Of a stretch of DNA of 64,000 bases, positions 56,421-64,000 are shown one piece after another. How positions within the stretch are numbered: position 1 is the stretch's first letter; each line of letters begins with the position of its first letter. A model generated the notes under the pieces. It was not told the origin of the DNA and did no database searches. It worked only from the letters and a program-made list of their open reading frames with translations. A program made the position numbers and the translations under genes. The stretch lies in contig JAZDPX010000032.1 of the NCBI GenBank assembly GCA_043797125.1, forward strand, positions 10,425 to 74,424. The letters run 5' to 3'. This DNA comes from Candidatus Omnitrophota bacterium. GTDB lineage: Bacteria > Omnitrophota > Gorgyraeia > JABMRG01 > JAFGKX01.

Positions 56421-56545
56421 GAGTTAGAATATCAGATTATAAGAGTATCAGAACGAGATTATCAGAGAATCAGAGTATCAGATAAATCTGGTGATCTTAT
56501 GTTCTGATATTCTCGCTCTGATAATCTGGTCTTCTGATAATCTTT
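56421..56545. repeat. About 125-bp imperfect palindrome between glnK and glnA: left half has multiple TATCAGA units, right half multiple TCTGATA units
   Basis: gaatatcagattataagagtatcagaacgagattatcagagaatcagagtatcagataaatctggtgatcttatgttctgatattctcgctctgataatctggtcttctgataatc. Confidence 0.75.
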
Positions 56546-56758
56546 CTCCAGCCTTGACAACTAAAAGAAAATTTTGCAGCACGGTTACCAAAACCAGCAA
56601 AAATTTACTTGTATATATGGATAGCAGCAGTATGCACGGCATTGCGCAAGGATTGTGCAAAAACTCACTTAAAACAAGGGCGTTTTAAAGCAATATAATC
56701 TTTAAAACGCCTTAATTTTTAACAAGCCTACCATGCGGTAAGGCACAAGGAGGAAAAA

Positions 56759-58129
56759 ATGGCAAAGGTAAAAATAAGCGCAAAAACAAGCAGCGGTCCA
56801 GGTAAAAACACCAAAGAGGACATTTTGCGGCTTGCAAAAGAGAAGGATGTAAAATTCATCAGGTTATGGTTTACTGATGTAATAGGCCAGGTTAAGAGTT
56901 TCGCTATTACGGATAAAGAATTAGCAGGGGCATTGGAAAATGGCATGGGCTTTGACGGCTCTTCAATTACAGGATACCAGGATATAGAAGAGTCGGATAT
57001 GATTGCAATGCCTGATCCAACCACATTTACGATACTTCCGTGGAGGCCCGGTGAAAAGGCAGTTGCCAGAATGATATGTAATATATTAAATCCGGATAGA
57101 ACGCCCTATGAAGGCGACCCGAGGTACGTATTAAAAAAGGCTCTTGAGCGCGCCAAAAAAATGGGGTTTGACCATTTTTATTTAGGGCCTGAGCTTGAAT
57201 ATTTTTATTTTAAAAATGATCAGGGAACTGAAATTTTGGACAAAGGCGGTTATTTCGACCTCACCACCCTTGATGTCGCAAGCGATTTAAGAAGAGAGAC
57301 TGTGCTGGCTTTGGAAAAAATGGGCATACAAGTTGAGTATTCTCATCATGAGGTCGCTCCGTCCCAGCATGAAGTAGATATGCGATACAAAGACGCTTTA
57401 CAAATGGCGGATTCTGTAATTACTTACAGGGTTGCTGTGAAGGAAATAGCAAGCAAATTTGGGGTATATGCTACGTTTATGCCTAAGCCGTTATTTGGTC
57501 AAAACGGATCAGGCATGCATACTCACCAGTCGCTGTTTAAGGGTGATAAAAATATGTTTTTTGACCCAAAGACAAAGGATTTTCTTTCGGAAACAGCTTA
57601 TAGTTATATTGCCGGGCTTTTAAAACACGCGAAGGAAATATGCTCCATATTTGCGCAGACAACAAACTCTTATAAAAGATTGGTTCCGGGTTACGAAGCT
57701 CCGGTTTATATAGCGTGGAGCCGCAGAAACAGAAGCGCCCTTGTAAGGGTGCCGCTATATTATCCGGGCAAAGAGCTTGCAACGCGCTGCGAATTCAGGG
57801 CATGCGATCCGGCTTGCAATCCATATCTGACATTTGCAGCTATGCTGCACGCAGGCTTGGAAGGTATAGAAAAAGGTTATAGAGCTCCTGCGCCTATGGA
57901 TCAAAACCTTTACCATCTTACAGATACGGAGAGAAGGAAAAAAGGCATAGAAATTCTACCGGACAGCCTTGGGCAGGCAATAGCAATAACAGAGGAGAGC
58001 GCACTTGTTAAAAAGATACTTGGCGATCACATCTTTCCGAGATTCATCGAGCTTAAGAAAAAAGAATGGGATGATTACAGGATACAGGTTACTCAATATG
58101 AACTTGATAAGTATCTTTCTGTAATGTAA
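56759..58129 (+). CDS. glnA: Glutamine synthetase type I
   Basis: GS-I motifs FDGSSI, MPKPLFGQNGSGMHTHQSLF (ATP-binding), NSYKRLVPGYEAP; RBS AGGAGG. Confidence 0.9.
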   Translation: MAKVKISAKTSSGPGKNTKEDILRLAKEKDVKFIRLWFTDVIGQVKSFAITDKELAGALENGMGFDGSSITGYQDIEESDMIAMPDPTTFTILPWRPGEKAVARMICNILNPDRTPYEGDPRYVLKKALERAKKMGFDHFYLGPELEYFYFKNDQGTEILDKGGYFDLTTLDVASDLRRETVLALEKMGIQVEYSHHEVAPSQHEVDMRYKDALQMADSVITYRVAVKEIASKFGVYATFMPKPLFGQNGSGMHTHQSLFKGDKNMFFDPKTKDFLSETAYSYIAGLLKHAKEICSIFAQTTNSYKRLVPGYEAPVYIAWSRRNRSALVRVPLYYPGKELATRCEFRACDPACNPYLTFAAMLHAGLEGIEKGYRAPAPMDQNLYHLTDTERRKKGIEILPDSLGQAIAITEESALVKKILGDHIFPRFIELKKKEWDDYRIQVTQYELDKYLSVM

Positions 58130-58157
58130 CTCCGGGAAAAATACCCCTTACTGCCCT

Positions 58158-58460
58158 TTGGGCAGAAGGGGGTATTTTGTGAATGCGGATGCACAAAAAA
58201 TAGGCAATTGTTTTAAGAGGCATTGCGATATGAACAGCGGCAACGATATAGATAAAATAGATGAGTTCTTTTTTACGGCAGAAAAAGGCGCAATCTATAA
58301 CTGCGTCATAGCCCATTTTGAGAAGATACTTATAGAAAAGGCGCTGGAAGAAACTTACGGCAGGCAGGTTCTTGCGGCAAAACTGTTGGGATTAAACCGC
58401 AATACCCTGCGCAAGAAGATTAAGGACCTGCATATTGATACGCAGGTATTCAGGCAATGA
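58158..58460 (+). CDS. Small stand-alone Fis-type (HTH_8) DNA-binding protein; stop overlaps the gltB start
   Basis: C-terminal QVLAAKLLGLNRNTLRKKIKDLHI matches the NtrC/Fis C-terminal HTH. No receiver or AAA+ domain. The true start may be the internal Met (MNSGNDID). Confidence 0.5.
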   Translation: MGRRGYFVNADAQKIGNCFKRHCDMNSGNDIDKIDEFFFTAEKGAIYNCVIAHFEKILIEKALEETYGRQVLAAKLLGLNRNTLRKKIKDLHIDTQVFRQ

Positions 58461-61400
58461 AATATATTGGTTTGCCTAAAGCACAGGGTTTATACGACCC
58501 GCAGTTTGAGCACGATAGCTGCGGAGTCGGATTCGTGTGCAATATTACCGGCGAAAAATCCAATGATATTGTGAAAAAAGGCATCGAGGTTTTAGAACGC
58601 CTTAGCCATCGAGGCGCAGTGGGCTCTGATCCTAAGACAGGAGACGGAGCAGGCCTTCTTATTCAAATGCCGCATACGTTTTTATCAAGGCAATGCGAAG
58701 AAAGGGGTTTTTCTTTGCCCGGAGCCGGTGAATACGGCGCAGGCCTTGTTTTTCTTCCTCCGGATGAGAATGAACGCAATTTCTGCATGGATATTTTTAA
58801 AAAAATTATTAGCGAAGAGGGCCAGACCCTGCTTGGTTTTAGAGATGTTCCAATAGATGATTCTGTAATCGGCAAAAAAGCTAGGGACACCAGGCCTTTT
58901 ATAAGGCAAATTTTTATCGGCAAGGGGAAAAACATTGAAAGCCAGCTTCATCTTGAGAGAAGGCTCTACGTAATACGAAAATGCGTAGAACGCGCCGTAA
59001 AAAAGTCAACCTTGCAGCAAAAATCTTTTTTCTATATTACAAATCTTTCTTCAAGAACCTTAAGCTATAAAGGCCTTTTAATGCCCGAGCAGCTTGATAA
59101 GTTTTTTATGGATCTTCAGGACAGCTCAATGCAAAGCGCTATATGCATGATACATTCACGCTATAGCACAAACACATTTCCCACATGGGATTTGGCGCAG
59201 CCGTTTAGATTTCTTGCGCACAATGGCGAAATAAACACCTTAAGAGGAAACATAAACTGGATACGCGCAAGAGAAAGGCTTTTAGCAAGCGAGCTTTTCG
59301 GCGCGGACATCGAAAAGATAAAACCTGTAATTGTTGAAGGCGGCAGCGATTCAGCTGCTATTGATAATGTTTTTGAACTTCTAGTGCTTTCAGGACGGAC
59401 GCTTGAGCATTCCATGATGACGCTTATACCGCCTGCATGGGAAAAGGACTCATTTCTAAACAGGCAGTTACGTGAATTTTATAAATATCATGCCTGCATT
59501 ATGGAGCCATGGGACGGGCCTGCGGCAATTGCTTTTACAGACGGAGAAGGCATAGGGGCAGTGCTGGATAGGAACGGCCTGCGTCCTGCGCGCTATATTA
59601 TAACAAAAAACGATTTTGTAGTGATGGCCTCCGAAGTAGGTGTATTGGATATAGCGGCGCAAGATATCAAACATTCAGGAAGGTTGCAGCCGGGAAAGAT
59701 GTTTTTTATTGATACAAAGCAAAAGAGCATAATCGGTGATGATACAATAAAAAAAGAGGCTGCAAAGCTGCATCCTTATGAAATATGGAACAAAGAAAAT
59801 ATGGTAGATTTGGATACGCTTACATGGTCGGGTTTACCTATAAAAAAATCAGCCGATCTTATCTCTGACTTGAAGGCATTCGGGTATACGCGCGAAGACC
59901 TTAAGATGATTATTGCCCCGATGGCAGAAGAAGGTAAAGAGCCCATTGGTTCTATGGGCAATGACACGCCGCATGCCTTTCTTTCGGCACAGCCTCAACT
60001 GCTTTATAGCTATTTTAAACAGCTTTTTGCGCAGGTTACAAATCCGCCCATAGACCATATAAGAGAGGCGCTTGTCATGAGTATGGAAAGTTTTGTGGGC
60101 CCGGAGAAAAACATGCTTGATGAAACGCCGAGGCACAGCCATAAACTATATGTAAGACAGCCGATACTTACAAGCGAGGAGCTTGATAAAATACGCAATA
60201 TTAATGTCAACGGTTTTAAAACCAAGACCATATACACATTTTTTAGTTCAGAAAGCGAGAAAGATTTCGAATGCGCTTTGGAGAGGGTGTGTTTTGAGGC
60301 TGAATACGCGATAGAGACAGGCCACGCGTTTGTTATTTTAAGTGACCGCGGCTGCGATAAAGATAATATCGCGCTGCCGTCGCTTTTAGCTGTAAGCGCC
60401 GTGCACCAGCACCTGGTGAGAAAAAATATACGCTCCGAAGTCGGCTTAATAATAGAGAGCGCGGAACCAAGAGAAGTGCATCATTTTGCATTGCTTTTTG
60501 GATACGGCGCAGACTGCATAAACCCTTACCTTGCATATGAGGCTGTCGAACACCTTTCTAAAGAGGGAAAGGTTGCGGTTGATTGCCAGCAGGCTTTAAA
60601 AAATTACAGAAAGGCTGTTATAGACGGGATATTAAAGATACTTTCTAAAATTGGGATTTCAACTCTGCGAAGTTACCGCGGAGCCCAGATATTCGAGGCC
60701 TTAGGCATAAACCCGGATGTCATCGACAAATATTTTTCAGGCACTGTATGCAGGATAGGCGGCGCAGGCCTAAAGGAGATTGCGCAGGAATATATAAGAA
60801 GGCATAAAGAGGTTTACATGGAAAGAAAAATCCCCCAGCCGCCTCTTGCAACGGGCGGGGTATATCAATGGAAAAAAGACGGGGAATTTCATCTATGGAA
60901 CCCTGAGTCCATAGCAGCCTTGCAGGATGCCGCAAGAAGAGCGGATTATAAAAGATATAAAGAGTTTGCAGGGTTTGTCAATAACCAGAAAGGCAATCCC
61001 ACAACCTTAAGGGGGCTGCTCGAGTTTAAAAAAGCAAACCCTATTTCAATTGATAATGTGGAGCCCGCTGAAAAAATAATCAGGCGCTTTGTAACAGGCG
61101 CGATGAGTTTTGGTTCTATAAGCAAGGCGGCACACGAAACCTTGGCCATCGCAATGAACAGGCTTGGCGCGAAATCCAATACAGGAGAAGGCGGAGAAGA
61201 CCCCAGCAGGTTTACACTATTGCCTAACGGCGATTCCGCCAAAAGCGCGATAAAGCAGGTAGCCTCGGGCCGCTTTGGCGTTACAACCAACTATCTTGTC
61301 AATGCCGACGAGATACAGATAAAAATAGCGCAAGGCGCTAAACCCGGCGAAGGCGGGCAGCTCCCAGGGCATAAGGTAAGCCAGATAATCGCAAGGACCC

Positions 61401-62986
61401 GTTATACCACCCCGGGAGTTACTTTAATTTCTCCGCCGCCGCATCACGATATTTATTCCATCGAAGACTTAGCGCAGCTGATATTTGATTTAAAGAATGT
61501 AAATCCGAATGCGCGTATAAGCGTAAAACTTGTGTCTGAAATAGGCGTTGGCACTGTCGCGGCAGGTGTTGCCAAGGGCCACGCTGATATGATTTTAATT
61601 TCAGGAGGAGACGGAGGCACGGGCGCATCGCCGAGAAGCTCAATAAGGTATGCAGGCCTGCCATGGGAGCTTGGGCTGTCGGAAACGCATCAAACCCTTG
61701 TTTTAAATGACTTGCGTTCACGGGTCCGTTTGCAAACAGACGGGCAAATGAGGACAGGAAGGGACGTCGCGATAGCGGCGTTTTTAGGCGCCGAGGAATA
61801 CGGTTTCTGCACATCAGCGTTAATTGTGATGGGTTGTGTTATGTTAAGGCATTGCCATTTAAACAACTGTTCTCTTGGCGTTGCGACGCAGGACGCGATG
61901 CTTCAGAAAAGATTCACCGGCAAGCCGGAACACGTGATAAATTATTTTCATTTTATCGCGCAGGAGCTTCGCGAAATTATGGCATCCCTTGGTATGCGGA
62001 CAATAGATGAGATGGTAGGCAGGACAGACCTTTTGGATGTAAATACAGATATAATTCCCGACAAGGCAAAAGGCGCTGATTACGCAAAAATTCTCTATAA
62101 ACCGCAGGCAAGCGAGGATGTCGGAATATATTGTAAAATAAAACAGGATCACGGTATAGATAATGTGCTGGATAAAAAGCTTATAACGCTGTGCCAGGAC
62201 TCTTTAAAAGACAAAAGGCCTGTTAAGGTAGAACTTGAAATTAAAAATACAAACAGGGCAGCCGGGGCAATGTTAAGCGGCAGGTTATGTTCTTTATACG
62301 GCGAGGAGGGCCTTGGCGAGGATACTATCAGTTGTAAATTCAAAGGTATCGCAGGCCAGAGTTTCGGCGCATTTTTAGCGGCGGGAATAACCTTTGAGCT
62401 TGAAGGCATGGCAAATGATTATGTCGGAAAGGGCATCTCAGGCGGGAAAATTATTATATACCCGGACAAAAGAGGAGATTATAAAGCAAGTGAAAACATC
62501 ATAGTAGGAAACACAACATTCTACGGCGCTATCTCAGGCGAGGCGTATATTAACGGGATAGCAGGGGAAAGATTTTGTATTAGAAATTCAGGGCTTTTTG
62601 CTGTTGTTGAGGCCGTAGGAGACCATGGCTGCGAATATATGACAGGAGGCAGGGTGCTTGTCTTGGGCGAAACAGGCAAGAATTTTGCAGCAGGCATGTC
62701 CGGCGGCATTGCGTATGTTTATGATGAAAATAATAATTTTACGGATAAATGCAATATGAAGATGGTCGCCTTGGAAAAAACAACAAAAGATGATGAGGAG
62801 ACTATCTATAGATTATTATACAACCACCATAAATATACCGGCAGCAGCAAGGCTAAAATAATTCTGGATGATCTAAGACAAAAGATGAGCCGATTCGTGA
62901 AAGTAATGCCGATAGAATATAAATATCTATTAGAGGGTATAAAGATTGAAAAACAATTAGATTTGCTGGAGCCGTCTGACGGATAA
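58457..62986 (+). CDS. gltB: Glutamate synthase large subunit
   Basis: N-terminal Ntn amidotransferase CGVGFV, FMN/3Fe-4S central domain, GXGXXG C-terminal beta-helix domain. 1509 aa. Confidence 0.95.
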   Translation: MKYIGLPKAQGLYDPQFEHDSCGVGFVCNITGEKSNDIVKKGIEVLERLSHRGAVGSDPKTGDGAGLLIQMPHTFLSRQCEERGFSLPGAGEYGAGLVFLPPDENERNFCMDIFKKIISEEGQTLLGFRDVPIDDSVIGKKARDTRPFIRQIFIGKGKNIESQLHLERRLYVIRKCVERAVKKSTLQQKSFFYITNLSSRTLSYKGLLMPEQLDKFFMDLQDSSMQSAICMIHSRYSTNTFPTWDLAQPFRFLAHNGEINTLRGNINWIRARERLLASELFGADIEKIKPVIVEGGSDSAAIDNVFELLVLSGRTLEHSMMTLIPPAWEKDSFLNRQLREFYKYHACIMEPWDGPAAIAFTDGEGIGAVLDRNGLRPARYIITKNDFVVMASEVGVLDIAAQDIKHSGRLQPGKMFFIDTKQKSIIGDDTIKKEAAKLHPYEIWNKENMVDLDTLTWSGLPIKKSADLISDLKAFGYTREDLKMIIAPMAEEGKEPIGSMGNDTPHAFLSAQPQLLYSYFKQLFAQVTNPPIDHIREALVMSMESFVGPEKNMLDETPRHSHKLYVRQPILTSEELDKIRNINVNGFKTKTIYTFFSSESEKDFECALERVCFEAEYAIETGHAFVILSDRGCDKDNIALPSLLAVSAVHQHLVRKNIRSEVGLIIESAEPREVHHFALLFGYGADCINPYLAYEAVEHLSKEGKVAVDCQQALKNYRKAVIDGILKILSKIGISTLRSYRGAQIFEALGINPDVIDKYFSGTVCRIGGAGLKEIAQEYIRRHKEVYMERKIPQPPLATGGVYQWKKDGEFHLWNPESIAALQDAARRADYKRYKEFAGFVNNQKGNPTTLRGLLEFKKANPISIDNVEPAEKIIRRFVTGAMSFGSISKAAHETLAIAMNRLGAKSNTGEGGEDPSRFTLLPNGDSAKSAIKQVASGRFGVTTNYLVNADEIQIKIAQGAKPGEGGQLPGHKVSQIIARTRYTTPGVTLISPPPHHDIYSIEDLAQLIFDLKNVNPNARISVKLVSEIGVGTVAAGVAKGHADMILISGGDGGTGASPRSSIRYAGLPWELGLSETHQTLVLNDLRSRVRLQTDGQMRTGRDVAIAAFLGAEEYGFCTSALIVMGCVMLRHCHLNNCSLGVATQDAMLQKRFTGKPEHVINYFHFIAQELREIMASLGMRTIDEMVGRTDLLDVNTDIIPDKAKGADYAKILYKPQASEDVGIYCKIKQDHGIDNVLDKKLITLCQDSLKDKRPVKVELEIKNTNRAAGAMLSGRLCSLYGEEGLGEDTISCKFKGIAGQSFGAFLAAGITFELEGMANDYVGKGISGGKIIIYPDKRGDYKASENIIVGNTTFYGAISGEAYINGIAGERFCIRNSGLFAVVEAVGDHGCEYMTGGRVLVLGETGKNFAAGMSGGIAYVYDENNNFTDKCNMKMVALEKTTKDDEETIYRLLYNHHKYTGSSKAKIILDDLRQKMSRFVKVMPIEYKYLLEGIKIEKQLDLLEPSDG

Positions 62987-62988
62987 AA

Positions 62989-63020
62989 GAAGTGTAAAGC
63001 GTTAAGTGTAAAGTGTAAAG
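62989..63020. repeat. 3' motif gaagtgtaaagcgttaagtgtaaagtgtaaag; uninterrupted counterpart of the flanks of the palindrome insertion at 27816-27893
   Basis: Same order of gtgtaaag + cgttaagtgtaaagt as at 27820-27893, but without the intervening 50-bp palindrome/hairpin. Confidence 0.75.
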
Positions 63021-63037
63021 TTAAAGGATAAAGGAAA

Positions 63038-64000
63038 ATGGGAGATCCGAGAGGATTTTTAAAAACAAAAAGGCAGGAGGCAGGATATAGGCCTGTTTGC
63101 GAACGCATTAAGGATTATAACCCTGCGGCTGTGCTTCATTCGGAAGAAGACGCTAAGCAGCAGGCTTCAAGATGCATGGATTGCGCAACGCCATTTTGTC
63201 ATTGGGGTTGCCCCATAGGCAACTATATACCGGAATGGAACGATTTCGCTTTTAAAGGGAATTGGAAAGAAGCTTTTGAGCTTTTGGAAATTACAAATAA
63301 TTTTCCGGAAATCACGGGAAGGGTTTGTCCCGCGCCATGCGAATATTCATGCGTGTTAGGCATAAACGACGACGCAGTTACAATACGCGAGAACGAACTC
63401 GCTATTATTGAAAATGCGTTTAAAAAAGGGCTGGTTATGCCAAAGCTGCCAAAGATACGCACCGGCAAAAAAATAGCTGTTATAGGTTCCGGCCCAGCGG
63501 GATTAGCAGCTGCTATGCAGCTTAACAGGGTCGGGCATACGGTTTTTGTTTTTGAAAAAGATGAAAAAATAGGAGGCATCTTACGCTACGGCATACCTGA
63601 TTTTAAGCTGGAAAAATCTATTCTTGACAGGCGCATTAAAATTTTGGAAAAAGAAGGTATAAAATTTAAAACTTCCGTTAATGTGGGCATAGATTATCCG
63701 GCTGAAAAATTATTAAAAGACTTCGACGCTATTTGTTTAGCAGGCGGCTGCCGCACTCCGAGGGACCTGTCGATAGAAGGCAGGCAATTAAAAGGCATAT
63801 ATTTTGCAATGGATTATTTGATTCAGTCAAATAAAAAGGTTGCAGGAGAAAAAATTCTCAAAACAGAGCTTATTGACGCAAAAGGCAAAAGAATAGTTGT
63901 TATAGGAGGAGGAGATACAGGTTCAGATTGCGTCGGCACAGCAAACAGGCAGGGTGCGGCATGCGTTACACAGATAGAACTTTTAGCCAAACCTGCGGAA
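63038..64000 (+). CDS. gltD: Glutamate synthase small subunit (partial, runs off window end)
   Basis: RBS AAGGAAA, then ATG 63038. N-terminal Cys cluster (CMDCATPFC...CP), FAD/NAD Rossmann motif KIAVIGSGPAGLAAAMQL. Open to 64000. Confidence 0.85.
   Translation, partial: MGDPRGFLKTKRQEAGYRPVCERIKDYNPAAVLHSEEDAKQQASRCMDCATPFCHWGCPIGNYIPEWNDFAFKGNWKEAFELLEITNNFPEITGRVCPAPCEYSCVLGINDDAVTIRENELAIIENAFKKGLVMPKLPKIRTGKKIAVIGSGPAGLAAAMQLNRVGHTVFVFEKDEKIGGILRYGIPDFKLEKSILDRRIKILEKEGIKFKTSVNVGIDYPAEKLLKDFDAICLAGGCRTPRDLSIEGRQLKGIYFAMDYLIQSNKKVAGEKILKTELIDAKGKRIVVIGGGDTGSDCVGTANRQGAACVTQIELLAKPAE

Noticed and set aside
56600-56660. Possible sigma54 (-24/-12) promoter upstream of glnA (atGCACGgcatTGCgc)
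   Set aside because: The GG of the -24 element is missing (TGCAC, not TGGCAC) and the spacing to TTGC is one nt short; too weak to call.
62987-63025. CRISPR-like regular repeats (gtgtaaag x3; also TATCAGA arrays at 56421-56545)
   Set aside because: Units are 7-8 nt with no spacers of defined length and no cas genes; these are simple tandem/inverted motifs, not CRISPR arrays.

Overview
This is a low-GC bacterial chromosomal window of about 64 kb, almost entirely coding on the + strand. Outer-membrane genes (a BamE-like lipoprotein, an OMP ending in a C-terminal Phe, a FecR-domain protein) suggest a diderm. Housekeeping blocks are: rlmB/HD hydrolase; the conserved MoxR-DUF58-BatABCDE 'aerotolerance' operon; gdhA-carB-guaA; a purS-purQ-purL-hisH-hisF-purF block; and a nitrogen-assimilation cluster (ECF-like sigma, amt, glnK, glnA, a Fis-type HTH, gltB, gltD partial). 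The standout is a three-gene locus at 18.3-29.4 kb. It has a strong sigma70-like promoter and a 530-bp leader. All three products have an N-terminal signal-peptide-like segment, followed by a shared motif, fused to complete but divergent glycolytic-enzyme folds. The first is a 2215-aa protein with PGK and TIM domains plus about 1200 aa of unknown, internally repeated sequence. The second is a 907-aa protein whose iPGM (GpmI) domain is circularly permuted. The third is a PfkB-family sugar kinase. Downstream are a flavoprotein, a ferredoxin and PolX. A second theme is a rich repertoire of palindromic elements. One is a family of CTTAAG-centred 26-34 bp perfect palindromes at gene 3' ends, with compensatory arm variation and one apparent filled-versus-empty insertion site. 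Others are several 85-125 bp composite palindromes; one of these lies in-frame and appears to fuse mnmG to a TIGR01212 radical-SAM gene. Heptanucleotide tandem arrays sit inside hisH and hisF. A 4.1-kb island is bounded by about 41-bp direct repeats; it carries a truncated ISL3-like transposase, a Fic protein, a secreted GHKL ATPase and a candidate sRNA. It separates a GAF-ANTAR regulator from the nitrogen cluster. No rRNA, tRNA or CRISPR array was found.
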